This document shows, one piece after another, positions 40,410 to 53,500 of a stretch of DNA of 64,000 nt; position 1 is the stretch's first letter; each line of letters starts with the position of its first letter. Made by a program: the position numbers and the translations under genes. The notes under the pieces are model-generated. The model saw only the letters and a list, made by a program, of their open reading frames with translations. It searched no databases and was not told the DNA's origin. Location of the stretch: assembly GCF_036321535.1 (NCBI RefSeq), contig NC_087437.1, forward strand, positions 2,728,001-2,792,000. Reading direction: 5' to 3'. The stretch is from Camelus dromedarius. Taxonomy: Eukaryota.

Positions 40410-40757
40410 AGGCACATTTATTAACAGCAGTACGTACTAGTTCTTCTGATCCATGAACGCAAAGTATCTTTGCATTTGTTTGTGTCTTCAGTTTCTTTCA
40501 TCTGAGTCTTACAGTTTTCAGCATACAGGTCTTTCACCTCCCTGGTAAAATGTCTCCCTAAGTATTTTGCTGTTTTTGATGCTGTTGTCATGGGATCGTT
40601 TTATTTCTTTTTTCAGATAGTTTATTGTTAATGTATAGAAACACACCTAATTTCTATATGTTGACTTTATATCCTGCAACGTTACTGAATGTATTGGTTA
40701 GTGGTGTCGGTTTTGTGTTTGAGTCTTCAGGGTTTTCTGCATGTAAGATCATGTCTG
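40410..40757 (-). mobile_element. Old L1 ORF2 fragment, distal piece of the L1 at 50544-54506
   Basis: Antisense L1 ORF2 sequence ending ...ggttttctgcatgtaagatcatgtctg; the L1 sequence resumes at 50544 (atcatgtctgtaggtatagatagttttacttcttcc). Confidence 0.88.
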
Positions 40758-41300
40758 GGGGCCAGGCGCGCTGACCTGGAGCGCGTGTCCCGGGCGGTGA
40801 CGCCGGCGGCGGGCTCCACGTGTGCGGCCGAGGGGCGCCTGATCCGGCCAGCGGGCGGCGCGCGGGGGAGACTGGAGCGGCGCGGGGTCAGGGGGCGGCG
40901 CGCTGTGCGAGACCCCCGCGTGGACATGGAAACGTGAGAGCGGGCGACTCCTGCTCCTTGTCTTCAGGGGGCGCCTTCCTCGCGCTCACCCGGGAAGTCC
41001 CGCGCTCCGCCGCCGCCTGGGCGTGTGGGAGCCGCGCCGGGCGGGGGTCCCGGAAGGTCGCGGTGTCGCCCCTCTTCCTCCTGCGCGTCCTTCGGGGCCC
41101 GGGGGAGGGGTCGGGACGGGTTGGGGGACAGCGGCACGTGGGCGCGCGGGGCGGGGGGCGCTGAACCCCGCGGCGACGGTTGCTGCGGATCCCGTGTCGG
41201 AATGAGAGTCCTCGGGCGCCCGCAGGGCCAGGCCCTCCCCCCCACCGCCCCCCCCCCCCCCCCCCCGCTCGCGCCCTTACGGCCTCACCTCCGGGAGCCT
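40758..41300 (+). promoter_or_regulatory. CpG island; candidate first exon 40758-40933
   Basis: Very GC- and CpG-dense, GC boxes (gggcgg), E-boxes (cacgtg); GACATGG at ATG 40926 followed by a possible donor AAC|GTGAGA at 40933/40934. Confidence 0.75.
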
Positions 41301-44300
41301 GGGGACCCTTCCCCCTGTGTGGGTTACACAGCCTTTCACAGGGCCGCACACTTTAAATTGGCCTCCCCATCTAAGACAGTGGCTGTATTGATTTCCTTTT
41401 TCCCACCTGCAAGGAGGGCGGCATCAGTGAGTACAGGGCAGCAGCTGACCCTTTAAAGGGATTATTGCTGAGAATCGGAATTGATCACTTCAACCTGGAA
41501 AGGTTTCTGGGCAGGGCCCAGGCTTAGAGCGGGACTGACACTTGGTGTTTGCGCAGACGCTGGGACCCAGAAATGATGGGGACCCTTCCTTCAGGAATTG
41601 GATGACACCTGGGGTGCGCGTTTCTGCCCTACACTTTGAGTTTTGCAAGGACTGCTTAGTTTTGTGTATTTGACCCTACACCTTTAGGTGTGTGGTTCAT
41701 CCTTATGGTAAGAGCTCTGCATTCTTCAGCTCAAAGTCCGAGTGAGTCACTTGAGCCTTTGAGTTTCTCTCTTCCTCACCCTTTTACTTCTCTCAGTTTT
41801 CTTGGAGACAGTACTGGTTAAGTCTCTGGTTCTGTGTGTCCATTTCACACAGTGACGTCTTCTGGCGGTGGTAGCACAGAGAAACGGAGGGAAGCCAGCC
41901 TTGTGTACAGTTGCTTCAGGCTTGGGCCTATTGTCCTGTTGACGTTCTTTTTCTTCTGGTAGTGGTTACAAGTCTTCTTTTAAGTTAGTTTATATGAAAT
42001 AATGTTTTCTGGCACCAGATCAGTCCATCGAGAGCAGTAGCTTGTTAGATCTGACAGCAAGCAGTGGAGGAAAGCTAGCAGATCATACTTGCCTGGATTC
42101 AAGTGCCTCCTGTGTGTCAAGCTCAGTGCGTAGACATATTTCAGTGCCCCTAGCAATCCAGTGGGGAGGGGAGAGTATAGTCCCCACTTTATAGATGAGG
42201 AGACTGAGGCTTCTGGAGGCCAGGCTGCTTGCCCCAGACCGCTGAGTAGTGGAGAGGCAGAGCTTGGCCTGTGTCTTCCCTGCAGGGCAGCAGAGCCCAA
42301 GAATGCTCCTGTTTGCAGGTCCAGTGTATGAGTATTTCCTGAGGGCTCCTAAAACACAGAGCCATTTACTTGTCCAGGCTCCAGTGCACCTCTGCTTGGA
42401 GTTGGGGGATGACCTGGTGACACCATTTCTAGCCCTGCTATGTCCTCAGAGAGCAGAGTTATAACAGCTGGCTTTTAAGAACCAAGCCACAAGGTCACTC
42501 CTTTGGTTTCCTTCCATAGCCTGCAACTCAGAAAACAATGTCCCTTTTCTGGGAAGCAGTTTAGATTGGGTGTTTTGAGAGTGATTTGCTAGACCCTCTT
42601 CTTACATACTCTCCTCCACCCTTCGTCTTTCATCCAGTTTCTTCCCTAAAATTCTGAAGCTGGTTTTTACAGAGGATTGCTTCTCATCTGGGATGTGGTG
42701 TAGAGAATGGGATGGCTCCTGTATCAATGATTTGGATACATTGTTATTTCTATTCAGATGACATCATTTTTTTAAAATGCCAAGTCATCTCTGTTAATGC
42801 AGTATTATTTGGCAGATCCTACAATCTTACATTTTGATAGTGAGGAAAGAAGTAAGGCTGCTCTTGGTAGAAAAAATCCTGGAAGGATTTGTACCAACAT
42901 GTCAACAACAAAAAATCTTTGGATTAGGGTTAGCAGTAGGGTTTTGTTTGTTTGTTTATTTGTTTTTGTGTTTTGGTTAAGCTTTTTGGTATCTCTATTT
43001 TCTGATTTTTTAAAAGTTAAGGAATATTGTTTATTTCAGTAATAAAACACATTTTAAAGACTCCAATTCTCAGTTCTTCAGTAATTCTCACTTGTTTTGC
43101 ATCATTTATTTTGTGAATTTCTACCGTTGCAAGTAGTGATTTCTGGATTGATTTAGTCAATAGATAGCAGTGTGCGTACCGTGCCTCCAGTGCTCAGCGG
43201 CGTTTGCTGTGAGATTAGTGGGAGAGAAGTCATAACTAATCTCATAAACTTGGGGAAACTTACAAGCGCCAAGGAGAGAGGGACCCTGTGACCTGGTGAG
43301 CAAGACTTGAGGGGGGGCCTTCAGCTGGGATCAGAGGATGTGTAGGAGCTAAATAGGTAAAAGAGAAAAAGAGTTTTTCAGGCAGAGAGAGTGCTCGGGA
43401 CTGAAGGAAGATCAGTGTGTTTGAAGCAGAGAGAGACAAACAGGCAGTCACTCCCCAGGGCTGAGGGGGTCTGGAATTTACCTTGAGAGCAGTGGAACCC
43501 CATTGAAGAGGATAAAGCAGGGGCTGGTGCAGTGAGGGTGTGCTGAGGCTCATAGTTAGGACCTCGTGGCCCTTGGATACCAGAGGACTGAAAGATGCAC
43601 CTGAAGGAGGTGAGTGGGGAAGGAGCGAAGCCATTCTGAAATGTTGGCATTTTTTTCTGGTGTTTTGTTCTCTTGAGAAAAAATCAAGAATGACCCGCAA
43701 GGTCTTGAATATGTCAGTTTCCATGGGGGAAAAAATGTCACACCCTTAGCACTGAATCCATTTAAGGACTGTTGGTGTGCTAATCTCTGAAAGTGTGGAC
43801 AACTCAAATGATTGTCTGGAGAACTACCTGTTTGCACTTGGGATGCTTCTGTGCCGTCAAATGGAACAGACAAGGCTATTTTCCTGAGGCTTATCCCCCC
43901 CCCATCATTGAGTTAATCTATACTCATTGTAGAAAACTAGGAAGATGATGAAATAGGTGAGTAGGTGAGGCCTTTATGAGCAGTTGTCCTGGGGTAATAG
44001 AGCATCGTTGGGATTTGCTTATAACAAATGTCAGGTTGGCAATAGTGGCAGAAACAGCAGAACGAGTTGGCAGTGTCGTTTTTGGAGGCTTACGGAATTG
44101 TGCTGCCACCTAAGTGTGGTTGTCAGAATGGATTCTCTTGAATTATCTGAGCTGTTCTAGGAGGTGAGTTAGACAATCTGGCCTCCGACTGCTATTCTTT
44201 CAGGTAACGAAACGTGTTTCATGTGCTAACTGTGCAAAGCTGTGTCTTTTCTTTGAGTTATGAAGGTAACGTGTTAAGATGGTTGAGTTAAAAAAAAAAG

Positions 44301-47300
44301 ATGGGGGACCTGAAGTGGTGGCAGTGAGGTGGCAACAGTGAGATGGTGTTAGAAACAAAAGTCCCAGCTGGGGACAGATCTTGCATACTTGTGGATTCCA
44401 GCAAACAGGATCCAGGACATTTTAGTCAAGAGGAATGTCAGGCCGCGGGCTTCTTGCCCCTTCCCTGGCTTTTGATGCTGTATTTGTGACTTCTTTTTGT
44501 CTGATGAAAGCGTAGGTTAGTCTTTTAGAAGACAAAGGAACTTACTCTAATTAAATACCTGCAGGTAGCCTTAGGAAGTGACTGGGAGTCATCTGGGAAC
44601 CCTCCAGGGCATGTAGGAAAGGATCCTTGCAGCTTCAGTGTGCTGCACCCACTTTCCCTCTGTCTTCACAAATGTACTTGTTTCACAGGTGAGTTTGTCA
44701 GAGGCCTTGCTTTCCTGTTCTCCTGATTCCCAGTTCGTGGATTACTTACATAAAAGGACTGGAGACTTGATACCTAAGGAACAGAGGCCAGCATTTAAGG
44801 TAGAATGTGCTGGCAGGGGCTGGGCTGCACCCGAAAGGGGGGCCCCAGAAAGCTGAGGCAGGAGTTTGGGGGAAGGTTAGAGGCTGTAGGACTTTGAGGC
44901 TGCTTGGCCTCAAAGACAGACAGGCGCGGCTGCAACCAAGGGCAGGGAGGGTGGAGGCGGAGGCAGCATGGGGGACTGGGGAGGAGGTCTTCACTTGTTT
45001 GAGGTTGAAGAATCTTTCTGCCGTTCCTCCTGCAATTCCATCTCTAGATCTGGCACCACCCGACCCACCTTGCTGGACAGGTCTTTTGGTTTGAACCTTC
45101 AAACATAATTCTTCCTGAATGAGGTAATGCCTTTGAGTGCACTTAAAAAACTCCTGCTGCACTGTAGTGGTCAACCAGCTCCTCCTGGGGCCGGGGAGGT
45201 CGTTCCACAGCCAGTGCCTCCTGCTGTGTGCCAGGTGGGGCTGTGGGCCTGTTCCCAGGCAGCAGGTCCCTAGAGTGGTGGTGTGGGCCAGCTCTGGCTT
45301 TGGCTTGGACAGGTTGGGTGTGAGATCCACCGGCCACTTCCTAATGACTTGACCTTAGTGAACCTTGCCCTCTGTTTCCCATTTCTAAACAGGGAATAGT
45401 AATGTCTACGTTGAATAGCTGAGTTGGGAGTGAGATAATAAATGCAAGTGGCATAGCACAGCACCTGTTGTGTGTACCTGCTCAGTAAATTGGAGTCCAG
45501 GGAGTGTAGCATCGTGACTAGAGTAGAGGAGGCAGAGCCCAGAAGCACGGGTGACTCCTCCGCTTCTCTCGTGTGGAGCACCTCCATGCTTGTGGGAGAA
45601 ACCGTCACTGTCTGCTCTGTGTCCCTTGGAGCTACAGCCTCTCCCCACATTTCAGATGGAAGAAGGTGAAGTCCTTACAGAGGGTGATACTTGTCAGGGC
45701 CACTTTGGTGATTTTTCTACAGCTGGGGTTGGGCCCTGGCCTTTCTGATGTCAGACTGTGAATGTTTTTGCCACCAGCCTTGGCGCCTCCCTAGAGATAC
45801 AGGGTGGCTGGGGTGGTGATGCCTCACCAGGGCAGAGGAGCCACAGCCCCTTTTTCTGACCCGGGCTTACTGAGCCCCACATTCTGACTTTCAGGGAGAG
45901 CCCCTCCATCTGTTAAGATGGGAAGATGTTTGCCAGGCAGCTCTCTCATGGGGTCCTGCCTTTGAGAATCAAGAGGGTCCCCTGTACCTCTGGTTTTACC
46001 CCTGAGTAGACTCTGGCCAGGTATGGGAAGTGGACTGCTGGATGGTGCTTGCAGTGACAGATGAGAAGGTCCGGGCCCGGATCCCGTCCTTCTTCCACAC
46101 CTGCACTTACAGCTCTCTAGCCAGCTCGGGAATTTGACGGGTCTGGCTTTGTCGCTGACTGCAGCTTCCTGCTCTTCGGCTTTGGGTGGGTTGCCTGGAC
46201 ACCTGGCTTCAGCTTTCCCATCCATAGATGGGGACTGCGTCTTTAACTTCATGGGATGGCTGTGAGGACAAGTGGGAAATGTTTGAAAGTGGTCAGGGGT
46301 ACCCTAGCCCTTGCTCCTCCATTCACCTCTGAGACAGAATCCTTTTCCCCCTAGTTGACAACTACATGATGATCCCCCTGGAGTCTCGCATCTCAGTTAC
46401 CACGCCCAGTGAACCACTCAGATCGAGGAACTAGATTTTCTTTATCATAAAATCCCACCACAACCTCACCATTTGGAGGTCTTCAGGAGTCATTGTAAGG
46501 AGATCTCACCTATAAAGGTCAGTCAGGTTATCCCAGAAAGGAAGTGAAAAAAACCCTGTGGCCTTAAATCTGCCTATAATCCCGATATAACATTTCCTCC
46601 TGTCCCAGTTGCTCAGTGCGGTTAGCCTTTGAGTCAATGGCTCTTAAACTTGACAACACATTTTTACGTTAGAGGCAGCTGCTCACCAAAACCTTGGAGG
46701 GGAGCAGGTTTCAGGCCAGGATCTTCACTTGAGTTTCCGTATGGTGGAATTTTGTAGCAGTGGCAACAGATTTTAAGTTTTCTTGTGTATTTTGGGCAGG
46801 CTTAATCTGCCAGCCAGTTCTTTTGTTTGTTTGTTTTATTTGGAGGGGGAGGTATATAGGTTTATTCATTCATTCATTTATTATTATTTTCTTAATGGAG
46901 GTGCTGGGGATTGAACCCAGGATCTGGTGCATGCTAAGCATGTACTCTATCACTGAGCTATACCCTCCCCCTGCCAACCAGTTCTTAAGGCTTTGCTGCT
47001 ACGACCTTCATTCATCCTCAGAGGAAACACATTTTTCCCAGTTGCTCAGTCGTTTGGGGAAAGTAGGAGCAGGCAAACTGAATTCTTGGTTTGAAGACAT
47101 TGACTGAATTGGTTCCGTCACTCCAGACCCGTGATGTTCTCAGGACTTGCAGGTTAGTGACCGAACACCTGAACTTCATTTTCTGTTCTCTCGTCTACTG
47201 TTCTTGTGCATGCAAAAGTTTAATGCCCATCGCCTTCAGTGGCAGGGGGTTCTTTCAGAGGATTCTGGAATCAGATTCCTCCCTGGGATTCTCTTATACC

Positions 47301-49612
47301 CACTGGAACCCTGGGATATTTTGAGGATTTCATTACTGTTTTCCTTAACACTTACTTATATTAGCTGACCTTGTCAGCAGTTTTGTATGTGGATCATCTG
47401 TCTTTTGCTTCCCCTCCCCAAACCTTTTAAGTTTTTACCGTTAAGTTTTTATTCTGTCGTTCAGCCTTACAAGTGACATTTCCTGATGCTGGAGTCTGGG
47501 GAGGACACCGGAGGAGCCTCAGGTGTCAGTAGTAGGTACTGCTTGGTCTGCTTTTGAAGTTTTCTTGGTCAACGATATTAATGGACTGAGTCTGGGTTGA
47601 AATGTAATCGCAGCCTTACTGTCAGTTTATATTTGTCAGGCAGAACGTTAGAAATGTAACCATTCTTGGTCCTTGGGCAGCAGATAAGTTTAACATTCAC
47701 CTGGAGCTGGCTAGCTTGCTTCTGTGTGCTGTTTTGCTGAAGCCAGCATGCAGCATACAGACTTCAAGATGAGCGGGGCATCTTGATGTTTAGAACTGGA
47801 AAACTGAGGCCTGAGAGGAGGAGTGGCCCTCCCGGGGTTGACCTGCAGAGGAGGAGAACATAGATCTCTGTTCCCTTCCGGAGTGGTCTGATCTCTGTCA
47901 TTCTTATTTCTTCATGGCTTAGTTAGTTCAGTGTTTTTTGTTTTTAGGTTCTTCTCTTTATTTACATAGGTCCATAGGCAGGTTTCCTTCCTCAGGGCCT
48001 TGTCTTTTTTAGGTCATCGTTGTGTTTCTAATGTGAAGATGGGACAGGGCACAGTGAAGAATTTTGGAATTCTTCACTCAGGGCTGGTTCTGAATCTCAG
48101 GGCTGCCTTAAACAAACAAACAAACAAACAAACAAACAAAACCCCCGAAACTCGATTCCTGTTCTGAAATCGAGTGGGTGATGGCTTTCAATTTTAAGAG
48201 CATTAAACTGCTTTTCCTCATCTATTAAAAAAAGTAATGGCACTTATTATTGAACTTCAGGTGAACCATTTTGGGTGATCATTTCAAGATTCAAGAAAGC
48301 AACCCGTATAAATTAAACAAGGTGGAGTGGGCTAGACGTCAGCTCCTGTGTCAGGCTCTGCTGGTCAGCTGTGCGAGAGTCCAGGGTGAGAGCGGAGGGC
48401 CTTAACACTTAGATAAGGGTGAGTCTAGAACAGCATAACCCAGCTGCTGAAAAGCTTTCAGGGAGGTTATTTCTCACATATTCTTTGTATGTGGGGGAGT
48501 ATGTCCTGCTTGCTGAAGTGGTCATTTAACCATTTCACAGGAGAACTGGTTAGAGGAATTGAACATGCTTTTGGAAGAGACAGTATCGGGGGTTGGAAGT
48601 GGGGAAGGAGTTCTAGGAGGCCCACTGGTGAGTTGGGATCTGGGCTCAGGATTGGACGGTAGGCCTTTCCTCCTGCTGGTGCCATTAAGCACCCACTCAC
48701 CCTCTCAGGGAAGTTGGAGGGGCTCTTACTTTCCAGAGGTGAGGTCAGGTGACCTTGCCACCAAAGGCAGCAAAAGTGGACAGGTCACCACCGGGGGAAG
48801 GTGCTCAGCTTTGGGTGAGCAGGTAAGAGACATGCACTGGCCTTTAAGTGAAGTTTAAGATGGTGGGAGCATGTGCACTTTGTTGCCTTGGTTTGTTGCA
48901 GAAGGGAGAAGAAACTTAAATTGCTTAGAAAAATTAGGGTCACTCTGATCAGTTTAACCAGTCTTCTGAGTCTGTTGAACCAGTGTTGGCTTATTTTAAA
49001 AAGCTATTTTAAAAAGTTAACCCATTGACATTAAAAGAATCTGAGCACGTGCTTTTTAAAATATATATATTTTTATTGAAGTATAGGCAGTTTACAATGT
49101 GTCAATTTCTGGTGTACAGCACAATGCTTCAGTCATACGTAAACATACATACATTCGTTTTCATATTCTTTTTCACCGTAAGTTACTATAAGATACTGAA
49201 TATAGTTCCTTGTGCTCTACGTATGAACTTGTTGTTCATCTCCCATTGACATTTCAGAGTTTAAACTACTCAGGAGGTGCCACATGGAGTGAAACGCAGC
49301 ACAGGCTTCTCATTACCGCACAACGGGATGGCCAGAGCAGGGGATGCTAGCTGTGTGACTCTCTGAGCAGAGCTTCTGAGCCAGCTGGCCGAGATGGGTG
49401 GGGGGCAGGGATGTAGAGAAGTCCTTGTGACCAGGTGGTCCCAGCCCCAGGCCAGCCCCTCAGGCTTCAGTAGTCCTCATTTTAACTGAAGTGTGTTGTG
49501 CAAATATACTTTTTGTTACATGCCATGATGTGAGAAAGACGGGGGATCTGATTTGTGCCCTCCGTGCACACTATTCTGAGAAGAGATGGTTTTCTTGGTC
49601 TTGGGTTCACAG

Positions 49613-49746
49613 ATATTGTGAAGAAGGTTTGTCATGCTGGACTAAACTGTTTACAAGGAGTATTCCCTGCACTGGAGTGTCAGGAAGGGATGGAGTTGGC
49701 AGATCCACTTCCTGGACCTCAGGGTTTATGTGAAGTCTTAGTGGAG
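49613..49746 (+). other. Candidate internal exon within the insertion (mirror 26525-26658)
   Basis: Acceptor ttttcttggtcttgggttcacAG and donor GAG|GTAAGG; ATG in strong context at 49690 reads MELADPLPGPQGLCEVLVE to a phase-0 end. No homology recognised. Confidence 0.3.
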
Positions 49747-50543
49747 GTAAGGTTGAAAAATGATTATTGCTGATGACCTTAAATGGAAGGCTTTTGACAC
49801 CTCATCCTGAAAGAATGGGGAGCCCTCACATTAGTGAGGAGGAGAATGTCGATTTGAAATGGGCAGGGAAGCCAGTGAGGTAAAAGGGTGATTGATAAGA
49901 GGCCGGCATGAACTAATATGGCCTTGAATTTGCCTGATAGGGAATAAAAGGCAGGGACAGGTGCCAGAGACACTGCATGGAGATTGGGTGGGGATTCACT
50001 TGATACCAAGGGCGGAGGACAAGACATCTGCCTATCCAGCAACTGGGGTCCTTTCCCTGCTGGGTGTGTGCTGTGCCCCTGGGTTCTAGTGATGGGTGAG
50101 ATGGCCTGTTCCCATCCTGGGGGGTCTTACCACGAGACAGGGCAGGACACCCTGGGAAAGAGGAAGGACGGGCAGGAGTGTGTCTGAGAGGTGGCAGCCG
50201 AGTGAGAACTGGAAGGTGACACAGGCCCTGAGATAGTGGGTCTTTGTTTTTAGGGGTGCTGAGTTTGAGCAAAGGTGAGGTGAGCTGGGTCGTGGAGAGG
50301 ATGGTCTGAGATGTTTCTACTGCCTGGGAGAATGGGAGTATTGGTCAGACAGCCTAGCCTGTGGCCCTGGATGGCCACTCCCTGTTTCCCTGGGCTGGGA
50401 GAACACAGTGGGTTGAGATGTGGAGGTCCTGTGTGACCATCAGGACCTAGGACCCACATGAACTAGAGGGGTGTGTCTTTGACTCTGGCAAATCTCAGCT
50501 GGCTCTGTGGACTGGGTGCAGAACTTGATAAAAGAAAAAAAAA

Positions 50544-53500
50544 ATCATGTCTGTAGGTATAGATAGTTTTACTTCTTCCTTTCTGAGTTAAATACCTTGT
50601 ATTTCTTTATTTTGCCTGATTGTATTCTAGCCAGGACTTCTAGTACTATGTTGAACAAGAGTGGTAAGAGTGGGCACCCTTGTCTTGGTTCTGATCTTAG
50701 GGGAAAAGCTTTCAACCTTTCAGCACTGAGTATGAAGTTAGTTGTAGCCATGTAGTATATGGCCTTTATGATGTTAAGATGTGTTCCTTCTAGAACCAGT
50801 TTGCTGAGAGTTTAGTCATGAAAGGATGTTGTTTTTTGTCAAATGCTTTTTCTGCATCTGTTGAGGGGATCATAGGATTTTTATCTCATGTTCTGTTAAC
50901 ATGATATGTCACATGTATTGATTTGCATGTATTGAATCATTCTTGCATCCCAGGGTTAAATCCCACTTGATCATGGTGTAAGATCCTTTTAATATATTTT
51001 GGAATGCAGTTTGCTGATATTTTGTTGAGAACTTTTGCATCCGTGTTCATCAGGGATATTGGTGTGAAGGTTTTGTTTCCTAGAGTGTCCTTATCTGGCT
51101 TTGGTATCAGGGTCCTGCTGGTCTTGTATTTGGGAGTGTTCCCTCCTCTTCAATTGTTGGGAAGAGTTTGAAAAAGATTGGTGTTAATTACTCTTTAAAT
51201 GTTTGATGGACTTCACCAGTGAAACCAACTTGTGTGGGGTTTTCTTTTTTGGGAGGTTTTGGATTACTGATTCAATCTCCTTATCCATTATTGGTCTACT
51301 CTTATTTTTCATTTCTTCCTGATTTATGCCTTGGTTAGTTGTATGTTTCTAGGGATTTATTTTTTCTAGGTTATCCATTTTGTTATATATAATTGTTCAT
51401 AGTACTCTCTCATGATACTTTGTACAGTTGACCCTTGAACAACTCAGGGATTAATCCATGTAGAATTTATAGTCGGTCCTCTGTATTCTTAGTTCCTCCA
51501 CATCCCTGAATTCAACCAGCCATGGACCTTGTAGCGCTGTAGTATTTACTACTGTGCTGTTACTATTTGCATATAAGTGGACCCATGCATTTCACGTCTG
51601 TGCTGTTCAGGAGTCAACTGTATTTCTGTGGTATCACTTCTGTTTCTATTTATTGAGTTTTCTTTTTCTTAGTCTACCTATAGGTTTTATTTTAAAAAAC
51701 AGTTCTTAGTTTTGTTGATCTTTTCTATTATTTCTCTGGTTTCTATTTCATGTATTTCTGCTGTGATCTTTGTTATGTCCTTTCTTATGCTAACTTTGGG
51801 GTTGGTTTATTCTTTTTCTAGTTCTTTGAGTTGTAAAGCTAGGTTATTTATTGAAGATCTTCCTTTTTCCTTACTGTAGGCATGTATCACTGTAAACTTC
51901 CCTCTTAGAACTGCTTTTGCAGCATCCCATAGTTTTGGTATGTGCTCACATTTCATTTGATTCAACATACTGTTTGATTTCCCTTGTGATTTCTTTGACT
52001 TGTTGGTTGTTCAGGAGTGTGTCATTTAATTTCCTCATATATGTGGGTTTTCCATTTTCCTGTTTTTGATTTCCACTTTTATACCAGTATCAGTAAAGAT
52101 ACTTGGTGTGATTTCAACCTTTTAAATTTGCTAAGACTTGGTCTGTGCCCTGTCATATGATCTATCCTTAAGAATACTCTGTATGTACAGAATTCTGTTG
52201 TATATTCTCTTGTTGGATGGGGTGTCTTATCTATGTCCATTGGGTCTATTTGGTCTAACGTATGATTCAAGTCCAGTGTTCTTTATTGATTTTCTGTCTG
52301 GATGACCTATCCATTGCTGACAGTATGGTATTGAAGTCCCCTATTAGCGTATTGTTGTCTATTTCTCCTTTTCGCTCTGTTAGTATTTCCTTAATATATT
52401 CGGGTGCCCTGGTGTTGAGTGCATATATATATTTCCAATTGTTAATTCCTTTCCTTTTTGACTCTTTCTACATTCCGTTGTGAATTGGTGATTTCCCTCC
52501 ATTGTGCACCTCTGATTTCCTCGTCTTCATCTTTTGTGAGCCTACTCAGATTTTTTGCTTTGTGGTTATAATGAGACTTACATAAAACATCTTGTAGATG
52601 AAACAGTCTGTTACTCTGATAACAGCTTAACTTCAATCACATACAAATCTTTACTCTTTTATTCCTACTACCTCTTTTATGTTTTTATGTCACAGTTTGC
52701 CTCTTTTTGTATTGGGTATTCATTAGCAAATTATAGTAGCTATAGTTATTTTCTATAGTCTTGTTCTAACCTTTGTACTAGAGTTAAGTTTTAACACACC
52801 ATCATATTAGAGTTTTCTAAGTTTGACTATATATTTATCTTCATCAGTGTATATGTTTCATGTTACTAGTTAGCCTCCTTTCATTTCAGCTTTAAGAACT
52901 TCTTTTTAGCATTTCTTGTTAGACATTTCTGTTGGTGATGAATTATATCAGCTTTTTTTTTTTTTTTTTTGTCTTGTCTGGGAAAGTCTTTATTTCTCCT
53001 TCTTTTCTGAAGGATGACTTTGCCAGATGGAGTATTTTTGGTTGAGTTTTTTTTCTTTCTTTCATCACTTTGAATATATCATCCCACTCTCTCCTGAGCT
53101 GTAAGATTTCTGCTGAGAAATTCACTGACACCCCACTTTGGGTTCCTTTGTAGGTTACAGTCATCTTTTCTCTTGCTGCCTTTAGGTTTCTCTTTTTAAA
53201 GTGTTTGATTTTTGACAGTTTTATTATAATATGTCTTCGAGAGGACATTTCAGGTTGAGATAATGGGATAATCTATTTATTAGCTTCATGAAGTCTGTGT
53301 CCAAGACTCTTCCCAGGTTTGGCAAGTTCTTAACTATTATTTCTTTAAATAAATATTCTGTCCTCTTTCTTCCTTACTTTTCCTTCTGGAACTCTAATGA
53401 TTTGGATTTTGCTCTTTTGAAGATGTCTCATAGATCCTGTAGGCGTCTTCACTCTTTATCATTTTTTTTTTCCTTTTTTTCTCTTGAGACTGGATTATTT

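Larger units (their letters stand above)
40758..50543 (+). mobile_element. Putative L1-mediated retrocopy of a largely unspliced transcript (~9.8 kb); partial mirror 25728-33238
   Basis: Direct repeat ATCATGTCTG at 40748-40757 and 50544-50553 (AAGATCATGTCTG/AAAATCATGTCTG, 13 bp with 1 mismatch), 3' A-tail aaaagaaaaaaaaaa, interrupts a contiguous L1, 5' end in a CpG island. Confidence 0.78.

Noticed and set aside
40689..41456. Overlapping Arg/Gly/Pro-rich ORFs, or LANCL2 exon 1
   Set aside because: Stop-poor CpG-island sequence; no frame resembles the recalled LANCL2 N-terminus (MGETMSKRLKLH...).
42797..43042. 81-aa ORF with exon-like flanks
   Set aside because: The core 'agaaaaaatcctggaaggatttgtaccaacatgtcaaca' resembles an ancient L1 3'UTR remnant; no protein similarity recognised.
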